This document shows, piece by piece, positions 32,125 to 45,339 of a stretch of 64,000 nt of DNA. Source of the DNA: Schmidtea polychroa (lineage: Eukaryota); assembly GCA_044892525.1 (NCBI GenBank), contig CM097885.1, forward strand, positions 51,338,001 to 51,402,000, given 5' to 3'. Positions within the stretch are counted from its first letter, which is position 1, and every line of letters begins with the position of its first letter. Position numbers and translations under genes: made by a program. The notes under the pieces are model-generated. The model had not been told where the DNA came from. It was given only the letters and a program-made list of their open reading frames with translations, and made no database searches.

Positions 32125-34293
32125 TTGTGTAAGAAAGTGATTGAAAATCCTGTAAAAGATCATGATCACTTTTCAGGTAAATATCTTGGAGCAGCTTGCT
32201 CAAAATGTAATCTTTCTCGACAAATAAGACATTCATTGCCAGTAGTTTTTCACAATCTAAGAGGGTATGATTTACATCATATCCTCAAATTTGGACTATC
32301 AAAGTATGATTCATGGAACATTAGCTGTGTTCCTATCACAAGTGAAAAGTTTCTTAGTCTTTTTGCGAGAATTGGTTCACTTACAGTTAAATTCATTGAC
32401 TCATACCAATTTGTTAGTGAATCTTTGAGTAGTGTGGTGAAAACTCTTACATCTTTCCCTCTTACTTCTGCAGAATTTACTGGAAGTATTATTACTAGCA
32501 AAGGAATTTTCCCATACGACGTGGCAACATCTTTAGATGTTTTGAGGTCGACTGCTGAATTACCACCAATTTGGAGTGGAGTGTCAGATTCGGATTACGA
32601 AATGGCCAAAAGAATATGGCGAGAGACCAATTGTAATTCTCTTTTGGATTATATGATGGTCTATTTAAAACTCGACGTATTTCTTTTGGCTGATTACTTT
32701 CAACAATTTCGTGCAAAGAGCATAGCACATAATAAGCTTGAGCCACTCAATTTCCTTGGAATTCCAGGTATGAGTTGGAGTTCGGCTTTGATGACTTTAG
32801 ACCATCCAATTACATTATTAACCGATATGGAAATGTACAACTTCTTCGAAGGTGGCATCAGAGGAGGCTTAACTTTCGTGAATAAGCATTATGTTAAATC
32901 AAGCTCAGATACAGAGTTGTTGTATATAGATATAAACAACCTGTATGGCTGGGCTTTATCACAAAACTTACCGGACGGAGACTTTGTTTGGGTCACGGAT
33001 GACCAATTATTAAATAATATCTTGTTTGAATGCACTACGGTAGATTTAAGTTTACTTAGTTATGGTTATACTATAGAAGTAGATTTAGAAATACCGGCAT
33101 CTATTCACGACTTACTGGATGATTTGCCAGTAGCCGCTGAAAAGATGTGTGCGCCTTGTTCGAATGTGGAAAAGTTACTTTTAACTCATTATCCAAAGAA
33201 TAATTATGTTGTTCATTGGAGACTTTTACAAATGTATTTAAAATTAGGTGTAGTTGTATCTAAAATACATCGTGCTATTCGATTTTCACAAAGCACACTA
33301 TTCAAAAAATATGTCGATACTAATACCGCTTTGAGAGCATCTTCCACCACTAAGCTCGATAAAAATTATTTTAAATTGCTAAACAACAGTCTTTATGGAA
33401 AAACTGTTGAAAATTTAAAGAAAAGAATTAATTTAAGATTATGTAATTCTTCGACAAAACTTATCACATATTGTAGTAGTCCATATTTCCGAAGCACTAC
33501 AAAAATAGATCACAATCTTATTTCTGTTCTTTTAATGAAAGAATCAGTCTGTTTAGATAGGCCTAGTTACATCGGCCAAACTGTACTAGACTTATCTAAA
33601 CTCAGAATGTATCAACTACAATATGAGGAATTAGATAAATATCGTAATGAGTTTAATTGTAAGATCAATATTGTAGCTGGGGACACTGATTCATTCTTTC
33701 TCGAAATAATTAATTGTAAGCTGTCTGATCTTTTGCCTGCTATGGTTAGGGATAATCTTCTTGACACCTCAAATTACGACCCTAGCCATCCCTTGTATTC
33801 GAGAAACTTGGATTCCGTTATTGGGAAATTTAAAGACGAAAATAAAGGTTTCAAATACGAGGAGTGGGTGTTTCTTCGTCCAAAATGTTATAGTTTGCTT
33901 GGTGATGAAGAATGTTGTAAGGCAAAAGGCATAATATTGAAAGATGCAGGGCTAACACATGTCAATTACATTGATTGTTATTTAAACGACAAAATTTATA
34001 CAGTCCCACAGTTTAGAATAATGTCTAAAAATCATCAGCTGTACAGCATAAAAAATCATAAAACTGCACTCAATTGCAACGACGACAAACGTAATTGGGT
34101 AGCTAAAAATAAAAGTTTTGCATATGGACACTATCTGGAGGATGATACTTTTATAGATACAGACGATCCTCCGATGTTTCCAGATGCTGATGATTTTGAA
34201 GATTCTGAAGATCAAGAATCATTAAGATTAAATAGATATTTACTACGGAGAGTGCAGGAATTGCGCGATCAACCGACAGAAACAAACGGATAA
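32125..34293 (+). CDS. Protein-primed family B DNA polymerase (Polinton/adintovirus type) with EndoVII-like domain
   Basis: CYLC..KDHDHFSGKYLGAACSKCN (EndoVII), FHNLRGYD (Exo II), KFIDSY, KGIFPY, YLKLDV (Exo III), YIDINNLYG (PolA), KLLNNSLYGK (PolB), AGDTDS (PolC), RPKCY, KAKG; frame is open upstream to 31945 and overlaps ORF 30140-31978 in the -1 frame. Confidence 0.92.
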   Translation: MCKKVIENPVKDHDHFSGKYLGAACSKCNLSRQIRHSLPVVFHNLRGYDLHHILKFGLSKYDSWNISCVPITSEKFLSLFARIGSLTVKFIDSYQFVSESLSSVVKTLTSFPLTSAEFTGSIITSKGIFPYDVATSLDVLRSTAELPPIWSGVSDSDYEMAKRIWRETNCNSLLDYMMVYLKLDVFLLADYFQQFRAKSIAHNKLEPLNFLGIPGMSWSSALMTLDHPITLLTDMEMYNFFEGGIRGGLTFVNKHYVKSSSDTELLYIDINNLYGWALSQNLPDGDFVWVTDDQLLNNILFECTTVDLSLLSYGYTIEVDLEIPASIHDLLDDLPVAAEKMCAPCSNVEKLLLTHYPKNNYVVHWRLLQMYLKLGVVVSKIHRAIRFSQSTLFKKYVDTNTALRASSTTKLDKNYFKLLNNSLYGKTVENLKKRINLRLCNSSTKLITYCSSPYFRSTTKIDHNLISVLLMKESVCLDRPSYIGQTVLDLSKLRMYQLQYEELDKYRNEFNCKINIVAGDTDSFFLEIINCKLSDLLPAMVRDNLLDTSNYDPSHPLYSRNLDSVIGKFKDENKGFKYEEWVFLRPKCYSLLGDEECCKAKGIILKDAGLTHVNYIDCYLNDKIYTVPQFRIMSKNHQLYSIKNHKTALNCNDDKRNWVAKNKSFAYGHYLEDDTFIDTDDPPMFPDADDFEDSEDQESLRLNRYLLRRVQELRDQPTETNG

Positions 34294-34318
34294 ATTTTGA
34301 GTAAAATTATTTTTATTT

Positions 34319-35010
<692 letters not shown>

Positions 35011-35674
35011 AATGATTGTAAATTAGGAGTAGTAGTAGTAGTAGTAGTAATTGTTTGATTATGCACATGGATTGAAGGGTCTTTGTTAATATTGCATTAA
35101 AACTGCATTGTCTTTGTTAATATTACTTTCAATTTGTTAACAATATTATTACGTTGCGGTAGTTTAGACTATTGAACAACATATTGAATTACCTTTAGAA
35201 TGATACCTATATTATATAGTTTTTAAAATGTTGAAGGTTTTTGACCTTTTGAAAGTTAAGGATACATCTTAAACCTTCAAGGGTATGACCATTAGATAGA
35301 GCTCTTCAAGACCTTTCGAATGATACCCATGAAGTTTGACATCATTTGACCCTTTTAAAATTTGAATTTAAAATTTAAATTTGAAATGAGTCACCCTTAA
35401 TGTGTCATGCGCGATGACTCATTAGGATGAGTCATGTGTGATGAGTCACCCGGATGAGTCACCAGTATGAGTCATGCGTGATGAGTCATCAGGATGAGTC
35501 ATGTGTGATGAGTCACCAGGATGAGTCATATGGATGATGAGTCATCGATGACGTCATTTATGACTCACCGGGGTGGGGTGGGGGTGGGGTATGAGTCATG
35601 TTCTTTGTTATGAGTCATCGATGAGTCATATGTCTTTGTTCAACGATGAGTCATGCAGCGCACTTGTACCTACT

Positions 35675-35780
35675 GAAGACAGAGGCCATGAACGATAAAT
35701 CAATGCCTTCACCATATTTCTATTATACTTGAATTCACAAAAACTTTCGAATGTAGTATAGAAACCAGTATCAGTCTCAA
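35675..35780 (-). pseudogene. Penelope-like retroelement remnant, RT C-terminal part (interrupted by E2)
   Basis: Empty-site translation ETDTGFYTTFESFCEFKYNRNMVKALIYRSWPLSSTFVISVKGFYNLIELLMNDSY resembles the Penelope post-RT T-x-TG-x-Y...S...YK...LI-x-R region. Confidence 0.7.
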
Positions 35781-38043
35781 TTTGTGAGTATAAAAGTGAA
35801 ATACCTTAATTTTCTGAATAAACTTTCACTGACACAAACATTTTAAAAACGTCACATTATAATTTACTTTAAGTTTAAGTACTTTACCGTTCACATCCTT
35901 AGCATTGCTTAAAGTACCGATAAAATTTAAATTTTCTTTTTGTAGAAACTTACTCAACTGTAATTCAGTAATTTATTATTTGTTTCAAAGCCAGAATAGA
36001 ATTATTAATATTATTTGATGAATAACTGCAAGATGTAAATTTTCCCTTGTTACTGATTTATAATCCCATCATTGCTTAATTTACTTCAGAGATGGATACC
36101 CAGCATCTCGGGCGGATAGAATGAATCGGCAAAGTTATGAAATGTCTTTATTCAAATTTGGTTGTGCAAAGTTGGTTTAGCTTTTCAATGTTGATTTTTC
36201 GGGCGAACCTTTTACCTTATCCAGTTGAGTTAAGTTTTCATGAATTGTGTTAAAAACATAAAAGTTTCCTGTATTGCATACATACAATTGGTTACTTAAG
36301 AAATTTCACACGCTTTTGAAATTGCAGAGTTTAGACTATATGCCATGCTGTATTTTAGAATCCAAAGTTTTATATTTTCTTATACTCCATGAGACTTACT
36401 GATCACTGTAGCATCGCAGTCATAACCTTTATCTTTCATTTTTTATGTTAACACAGTGAAAGTACATTCGTACAATAGTCTAAACTCTTAAACCCTTTTA
36501 AAAGTGCTTGAAACGGGCTCAAATTTTAGAAAAGGTCGCATATTGCTTTTTTCTTGTGTTTAAAGAAATTCATATACAATATTATAACCTTTGTTTCATC
36601 TACAGATTGTACTTTTTTGATCAATAAGATGAAATAATAAGTTATAGAAATGTTCACCGTTAGATTTTCTTTACCAAATGTTTTTTCTAAAATGTAACCC
36701 AAGAATCAAGATATAGACAACAGATCCTTCGAAGATCATTGGTATCAGGCAAAAATAATAAAGATTATCAATTTTCACAAGAAAATTAATTTAAAGGACT
36801 TTTATTGTTTGGCAGTTTTGTGGTAAAAAATCTAATTTTGATATAACATGTAAATCTGGTGCAATTCTAAAGCGTAACTTGTAATAGATAAAAATTATAT
36901 AGTAGACATTACGAAACCAGTAAAACGAATTCTAATAATATGCGAATATGATTAGGAAGATTGAATTGAAGGAAACGGTTGAATTGTGATGTAGATGATC
37001 CCTGATTTCAATTTTCGAATGATAAGAAAATAAAGAAATATCCAAGTTAGCGCCAAAAGAACAGGATTAGGAAGACAAGAAGGAAATTGTCTAAATCTGA
37101 AATTTTTGTTCTCGAGATTCCAAAACTGAAAATCTCATGTTGTTGTCATGAAATAAGACAACTTATATATCTGAAAAGAATATATGTGACTCGATAGCGT
37201 CAAAATCACCAGCTACTTTTAAATAGAAATTAATAATTCAATTTCTCTAAAAAAACAATAATTTCTTCATGTATTTATTTATGAATTATCTAATATATAA
37301 ATTATTCATTCCAGATATCATTTTTTCATTCTCAATAATCCAAATTTTTCATTATTTTACTATCTTAATCTTTGTTTAATCCGGATAATCCCGTTTCTGC
37401 TATGTAAAATTAAATTTTCATTTATTATGACTTTAATTTATCCAGATATTGTAGTTAGAGATTTTTGCCACCAAGAGCCTTTCACGAGTTCACCTCTCTT
37501 CTCAGTAGGCATAAAATATACTTATACAAAGTGGTAGTGCCAATTTGGCGACATAGATGAAGTTAAAGGGCCAATGAACTTGATACTGCTTCTTAAATTG
37601 AAAATAAAAATTGAGATCATGTTTCAATTTTAAAGTGAAGAGCATAAAGATGATATCATGGTTATTATTATCAGGTTTTGGTTCCCCATAATGATTTACT
37701 ATTTAGTTGCTAGTTAATCTTAATAGCAAAGATAACCAGTTTAGACAAAATGTCAAAACGAAATATATGAAAAATATAAGATCATGTTTATTTCTCAAGT
37801 GAAAAATTCAACTTAAACATTTTACAATAATATTTTTTTGTTTTTCTTTACACAAAATTATCAAAGTCAATTTCGCAAGTATCGCAAAATATATCAACTC
37901 TTCATTTCGTTACAGTGGAACAAAATCACCGCTGTAGGTAGACTGTCAACTTCATCTTCTCCAGCTACTGCTTCCGTTATATTAATTTTAATAACTCATT
38001 TTTATTATCGAATATGTTAAAATATTCTTTAAAAATATATATA

Positions 38044-38467
38044 CACCAATCACTCGCTTTAGGAAGTCTTTTTTACGAAGTTTCACTATAACGTAATTTA
38101 GAAAAAAAATCAGTCTCTGTTTACAGAAAAAAATTCGATTTACGAATTTTTTGTTTTTTATTTAATTAAGGAAATCACACCGTACAGAATTAATTAAATG
38201 TTTAATGTTCCTTGAATTATTTTTGTAATAGATATATATTTTTTGTTATGAATAAATAAAATACATACATATTATTTTTGTTTTTGAATTACGAATGTTT
38301 TCTTCGAACATATGAATTGATTAGATTTTTTAATTTATAAATTACCGTTTTTAATCAGAATTCTTGGTTTATATTACCGATAATTAAAATAAAAATTGGC
38401 TTAACAAAATTTCGATTTACGTTCAATTTTTTGGGAATGAATTAATTCGTTAAGCGATGGATTGGTG
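38044..38467. mobile_element. Tc1/mariner (pogo/Tigger-like) MITE
   Basis: TA on both sides; imperfect ~22-bp TIRs CACCAATCACTCGCTTTAGGAA / TTCGTTAAGCGATGGATTGGTG. Confidence 0.6.
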
Positions 38468-40066
38468 TATTTGGATTGATACTACGATTAAAAAACTATA
38501 AATGAAATCTAAAATAAATAATAATAAGTCTTCTAAATAATTATTCTTATGGTGTATGTATTTTTGTGGATTAGGAGAAACCAAGATCACTCGAATATTT
38601 GGCTTCTAGTAGATATTTTTCAAAAATGCCAAATTATAATAATTAAATGCTAAAAATAGTAAAATCTAGATTTGGATTATTTATTATACGAGAAATATAA
38701 AAAGCTATCGGCTGGTCTTATCCGTTTGCTGGCGGTAGACCAGCACTGCTGACCACGAATTTTGTTCCAGACGTTCAACAATGTCTAATGGCCAGCTGTG
38801 CTATCCAAACTTTCAAAAAATCATACCACAATATCGGGTATTCATATACTAAAAAATTTTATGCTAAAGAATAATATATTAATAAATTAATTCCGTCCGC
38901 AAACGGTTATAATAATCAAGGCGCACCGATACAGTTTACGGCTCTCGAAGAAGCTAGGATGGTAATTGCGCTAAATATTCAGACGAGGAGGAAATATTTA
39001 ATTGTATTAAAATGAATTACCATATATTTTTATCGCGTATTAGCCGAGAATTATATTTCTGGAAATTCCCCCTAAAAATTGGCTAACTTCTAAAAATAAA
39101 AAAACATTCGGCATTACATAAAATTAGCTCAATCTGTTTATAAGTTATAAATTAGTTATCTATGATAACTAATTTTTGTAAACACCAACAGTAAACATAT
39201 TTTTAAAATAAAACTATAAAACAGAATTAAAACTTAATTTTTTTATTGTGATCAACGTAAAACCAAGGTTTTTGTCTGATTGAAATTCAATCCAACTTGG
39301 ATCTTAAGGAATATAATTGCTTATTCATATGATACAGACGCTAATATGTATATTGACGTCACTTCTGTGGGTCGGGTAATACGCGAATGCGTTTTAATTA
39401 TAGTTTAATTATACTTTATAGATTTATCTCAAATTATAATCACTTATTTGTTATTTTTCTTTAAAATTTTATTTTACTCTGATCCAAGTTTTAACATATC
39501 TATTGAATATAAGCTAACAGGTTTCTTTATTTCCTGTTTTTGTCCAATAAACTTTAAATAAAGTAATTTTTATTGCGGGATAGGGTATAGTGACACTAAC
39601 TTAAGTTCTACATATAGACACTGGACATCACGACGCAACCCCAGTGCTAGTCATTCGTCCATGCGAATTTAAGATCAAGCTGATCTTCTATGATTGGCAC
39701 ATTTATTTTATGATTATAATTAATGTATTTTAAAATATTTTTAATGAATTTTTATTTAATAAATATTCGCAGTTACTTTGTATTAATATATTTTAAATGA
39801 TAAAATTTAATTTTTCATAAATTTATTAACATTAAATTTTTACTGATTTTATTAATAATATTTTAATTATTTAAGCAAATAATATTCAACAAATACAATT
39901 TATTAATAAAAATTTTCAATAAATTTCTAAATAATTTTTTAACTCTAGATTAAATTTCAAATTTAAATTTGTTTATAAAAACTGTTATCACGCAATAGAT
40001 TGAAGCACAGAAAAAAAAATTCATTTTCTGTAAAATTTTCAATAGAAATATAAAAAGGTATAAAAA

Positions 40067-40726
40067 TCAAACTGTCAATTTCTGTATTTCATTATCGACA
40101 AAATAAGTAAGGCTTTCTCTGTGTGAATCTCGACACATAGATAAGGCGAAAGAAAAACGGTTAGGTGAGCTTTCAATATTAAACTTAGTTTCAATAAATA
40201 TATCTTTATATTTAATAAATTCTTCTGTAACATAAGTTTCTAAACAAATAACTTTGGAAACTCTAGAATCCTGACATACATCTTCCCCCAATATTTCTAT
40301 ATCTCCATGAGATTGAACGAGAACATTAAGAAATGTAGCATAACGACATGGTTTCGAGTTACTATTTCTACGTTGAAAGCAAATAATAAACGGAAGAAAA
40401 TTTGATGAGCTCCAAAAATTTGCAAACAATCCTTTATACACTTTATTCGTACTAACTTGCTGCCAAAAATAATATAATTTCTTGTCGCAATTCATGTGAC
40501 CAGCACTTAAATAGACGTTGTGATTCGTGTTGTCAATTGATTTCACATATTTCACATAGCGAATGAAACGCCGATCAATTGGGCATTGAGATTTATATAT
40601 CAGAGCTGATTTTAAATAGCATTCAATATGCAAATAATGATCCTGGCAACATGGATACCAGCATTGATTTTCTGTAAAACCCATTAAGCATATTGGACAA
40701 ATTAAATGTTCGTCTGATAATGCCAT
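40067..40726 (-). CDS. RING-finger protein (putative E3 ubiquitin ligase), uninterrupted ORF
   Basis: 219-aa ATG-initiated ORF; CPIC...CCQDHYLHIEC...CPIDR fits a RING variant ending in CPxDR. Confidence 0.65.
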   Translation of the reverse strand: MALSDEHLICPICLMGFTENQCWYPCCQDHYLHIECYLKSALIYKSQCPIDRRFIRYVKYVKSIDNTNHNVYLSAGHMNCDKKLYYFWQQVSTNKVYKGLFANFWSSSNFLPFIICFQRRNSNSKPCRYATFLNVLVQSHGDIEILGEDVCQDSRVSKVICLETYVTEEFIKYKDIFIETKFNIESSPNRFSFALSMCRDSHRESLTYFVDNEIQKLTV

Positions 40727-41119
40727 CTTGAATTTAAAAAAAAATTGTCGATTGAAAACTAAATCAGTTAGTATAGATGGAGTAGTGGTATGAAATAACT
40801 TAAATTTGATTTGCTAATACAATTATTTGTCTTCAACATCAACACACAAACATTACAAATGTGTGTGTAATCTTGTGCGCGCACACATACGTACCTCGTT
40901 GGCAATAGAAATCAACACGTTTCTGTAATACTCGGCATAACTAAAAACCCGTATACAATTTTTGTAAACATTTTTTTTATTTTTAAGCATGTTAAACTTT
41001 TAATTCCCAGAAGTCAAATTTTTCATACATAAACAAAAATGAAATTGTTACGTAATATTTATTTTTTCATTTTTCAATGAAAAGAATTATATATACAAAT
41101 GAACAATATGACAAAGATG

Positions 41120-41584
41120 CAGGCCCGACGCTAGAGTATTTGGCGCCCTAGGCAAACTAAAAAAATGGCGCCTCTAGTCTAGAAACAAACCCAATAATTA
41201 AAGAAGTAAATGAAAATAAAATAACTATACTTCATTTATTTATTACACAAAAATATATATAAAAACAAAAACCATTTAAAATTTAATTTTTCGTGCTTTT
41301 AGTTTAGCGAAATCTTCAAGCAGCAACTTCGTATCTATATCACGCGCCATTTCGTGTTCAATCGACAATATTGCTAATCCCACAAGCCGTTCTTGTGACA
41401 TTGTAGATATAATATATATATATATATATATACAAATTCATACATATGTATATATCAATATAAAGATAGAAAGTTTATAAAATATTTAATTTACTTGATA
41501 AAAAAAGCAGAACTATTTGGCGCCCGCTTGTAAATCGGCGCCCTAGGCTGCTGCCGACGTCGCCTATGCCTAAAACCGGGCCTG
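41120..41584 (-). mobile_element. 465-bp internal-deletion derivative of the hAT at 47717-51262
   Basis: Both ends match the long copy (CAGGCCCGACGCTAG... / ...AAACCGGGCCTG); 8-bp TSD CAAAGATG (41112-41119, 41585-41592); keeps the last ~40 transposase codons. Confidence 0.93.
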
Positions 41585-42015
41585 CAAAGATGGATTAAAT
41601 TAGCTTAAATTAAATTAATTATAGTAAATAATTAAATAAGCGTTCCTACATGGGTTATAAAACGTCTAATGTGTACTTGGTAAAAAAAAATTATTTAAGA
41701 ATATTTTAGGATCACAAAAATACACAACGACACAATTGTTTTAATAAATATTAAAAATCATTAAATAAGAGTAAACCTGAAATTCAAAAAAGACTTACAA
41801 TATTTAAAATGCGTGACAAATGATGGTCAGACTATGATATAGTGAATATGGACAGTGTAGTGATATCTGTGTAAATTGTACTGATTGAAAAAAATAATTG
41901 ACCATTCAATCTAGCGAATATTTTAATATAATATATAATTTATCAAAATCCAACAAAACATATCCCATAAATCTAAGTTACTAATAACACAACCACGCTC
42001 TGTTACCCATTTTAA

Positions 42016-42259
42016 CCCATTACCACCCATGGTAGTCAAATGACGACTCAAACCAATAAGTTTTGAATGTCCATAATATTAATTTATTTAGTAACCTTTA
42101 AGACTCACGGTCGTCATTTGACTACCACCGATATTATCAAGGTTATCTCTACATATAGGTAAACAAAAATTTTTTTTGGTTATTTTTAATTCGTTTTCAT
42201 GACCATTTAAATCTATTTCTGCAAAAAAAAAATTTTAAAAAAATCTGGGTCTTAATGGG
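42016..42259. mobile_element. piggyBac-like MITE
   Basis: TTAA flanks (42012-42015, 42260-42263); TIR CCCATTACCACCCA / TGGGTCTTAATGGG; internal inverted repeat GGTAGTCAAATGACGAC / GTCGTCATTTGACTACC. Confidence 0.75.
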
Positions 42260-43814
42260 TTAAAACTAATTTTTATAATTAAAATATTTTAAAATATTTA
42301 AATATATTTAAATATATTTATTATTTAAATTCTAATTTAAAAAATAGTTTTATTAGAAAGAAAAAATTAATAAAATTTCTTTATAAAAAAATCTTCATAA
42401 AGTTAATCTATCATTTTTCTATCCGTCCTGACGATTACAGGAAAATTGTCTAAATATATCGTAAAACGAATGTTCGAATGGCGCTTTCTTACAAATTAAT
42501 CATTGACATGTTTATTTAATTATTTAATAAAAAATATGTATTTTTATTTGTAAAAAAATCATTATAGAAAAAAAATCTGCAAATCCACAAATCGATAATT
42601 CATAAAAATAAAATTTTAAGAGTAGGCGTAAAGTCCATTATTCTTGAAAAATCTATTTTTCTTTTGTTCTCATTAGAAAACCAACATAAAACTAAAGATA
42701 TAAATATATATGTCCAAATGTGTTGCTTAAAAACAGCTTATCTTGTTGATAAAAAGCAATAACAATTATTAAATTCTTAGAATAAATTCTGCTAGCATAA
42801 ATAAAGTAATAAATATTATCAGAATATATGAACCAGAGTAATAAATGTTAGAGGTCATTGCTGAACACCCACCAACCCTGTCACTCCTAGCCACATTTTC
42901 CTAGACCCACTCACCCATCGTGACGTCCTTAAATTGTTTACTAAATGGGTGCAGCTTAATGGTACAATAATAAAATACCAATTACAAAATATACAGATAG
43001 TTGAAACAATTTAATTTTTTGCTTCAAAAAGTAAAATGAAATTAAGGATTTTAATATTGTTTCAAGCACTCTAATTAAAATGCTTAAGCAACAATCAGTT
43101 TTAAAATGTTTAAAATTCATAACAGCGGACCAAGTAAAATTACTTTAATCTACTATTTCTTCATGGTCAGGAATCCATAGAGAATTACAACGTTGTTCCG
43201 AAGGTAAAACTAAAAATGATTCAAACAGCGATTTCCGGTCCAAACAATCGGTTTTCTGCTAGAATATGTTACATTGTAATAAACTGTCTTCTTGTTTGCT
43301 AACGAGTTTGCTGTATCAGTCATTATTCAAAGTCACCTAGTCAAAGTATTAGCATCTCTGTAGCAAAGATTGTTGCAATTAGAACTCTTGGTCTGTGAGT
43401 TATTCTAAAATATAAATTAAATTATTATTGTAGGTTGTCTGTATGTTGAAATACTTATGCGTTAATTATTTTGATAGAAACTCCTCAAACAAATTATGAG
43501 GTGATCTGTTTAAATACTATTGTGATAAAGTAATAAAACGTTGTATTCGAAATATTGATATTAAATGGATCCAATTAATACCAGATGTTCTGTGGCTAAC
43601 AGGTACATTATAAAATACAAATAACATGACATCATGTTAAGCTCAACTCACCAACTCACCCATGTCACGTTTCGTCACGTTTTAACGGAAATCAAATTTA
43701 ATTATGAGTAGGTAGATAGTAGCCCACGGCAGCAATGACCCCCCCCCTGGGGGGGGGGGGGGGGGGGGGGGGTTCTGCTGCCGTAATTTTTTTGCTGCAA
43801 CTTTTGATTACGCA

Positions 43815-44665
43815 ATTTTTCAGACTATAGTGAGGGGGTCTCGATGGTCCTGGGATTTTCAATACAAAAAAATTTTTTCAATACAAAAACGATGGTCCTG
43901 GGATTTTCAATACAAATAAAATTTTTTCAATACAAAAAGGCGGTCTCACTAAAAAAGCATGGAATTTTCAGACTATAGTGAGGGGGTCTCGATGGTCCTG
44001 GGATTTTCAATACAAAAAAAATTTTTCTATACAAAAACGATGGTCCTGGGATTTTCAATACAAAAAAAATTTTCTATACAAAAATCCGACTACCAATAAA
44101 AAGCCTGGATTATTCACGCTATAGTGAAGGGGTCTCGATGGTCCTGGGATTTTCAATACAAAAAATTTTTTTCTATACAAAAATCCTACTATCAATAAAA
44201 AAGCCAAGGATTTATCACGCTATAGTGAGGTGGGTCTCCTTGGTCCTGAGAAAAAGGTGGTCTACACTAAAAAACGTGGTAATTTAAGGTCTCAGGATAT
44301 TTTCAATACAAAAATCCGACTACCACTAAAAAAGCATGGTAATTTAAGGTCTCAGGATATTTTCAATACAAATAGGTGGTCTACACTAAAAAAGCCAAGG
44401 ATTTTTCAGACTATAGTGAGGTGAGTCTCCTTGGTCCTGAGAAATAGGTGGTCTACACTAAAAAAGCATGGTAATTTAAGGTCTCGGGATATTTTCAATA
44501 CAAAAAGCTGGTCTACACTAAAAAAAGCATAGTAATTTAAGGTCTCAGGATATTTTCAATACAAATAGGTGGTCTACACTAAAAAAGCCAAGGATTTTTC
44601 AGACTATAGTGAGGTGAGTCTCCTTGGTCCTGAGAAATAGGTGGTCTACAGTAAAAAACGTGGTA
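43815..44665 (+). repeat. E3 subterminal complex tandem repeats (GATGGTCCTGGGATTTTCAATACAAAAA core, ~48 bp units)
   Basis: Directly visible; mirrored and expanded at ~62715-64000. Confidence 0.9.
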
Positions 44666-45339
44666 AATTTTTCAATTAAAGTAAATAATGGTTCTAAAAA
44701 ATTAAATTAAAGTAAATTATGGTCCTAAAAATTAAATTAAAGTAAATAATGGTTCTAAAAAATTAAATTACACTAAATAATGGTTCTAAAAAATTAAATT
44801 AAAGTAAATTATGGTCCAAATTTTTAAATTAAAGTAAATTATGGTTCTAAATTTTAAATTAAAGTTAATTAAGGTCCAAATTTTTAAATTAAAGTAAATA
44901 ATGGTTCTAAAAATTAAATTAAAGTAAATTAAGGTTCTAAATTTTAAATTAAAGTAAATTAAGGTTCTAAAAAATTAAAATAAAGTAAATTATGGTCCAA
45001 ATTTTTAAATTAAGTAATCAATGGTAAAAAATTTTAAATAAGTAAATTAAAGTAATAATTTTTAAATTAAGTAATCAATGGTAAAAAATTTTAAATAAGT
45101 AAATTAAAGTAAGATTTTAAAATTTAATTACAAAAAGTTGAAGGTGTTTGAGAATTGAAATTTTTTAATGAAAATTTTCAATGGTAATTTTTAATGAAAA
45201 TTTTTATGGAATATTTTTTTAAGTAATTTTTAATAGAAAATTTTATGAAATATTTTTCAATGGTAATTTTTAATAGAAATTTTTATGAAATATTTTTCAA
45301 AGACAAATTTTAATAATAATTCAACAACAAATCAACAAC

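Noticed and set aside
38708..38800. Hairpin GCTGGTCT/AGACCAGC followed by Sm-like AATTTTTG (snRNA or SL RNA)
   Set aside because: No U1/U2/U4/U5 signature sequences found; the motif is common in AT-rich DNA
43815..44665. CRISPR-like repeat-spacer array
   Set aside because: The intervening sequences are themselves repeated, there are no cas genes, and the context is eukaryotic
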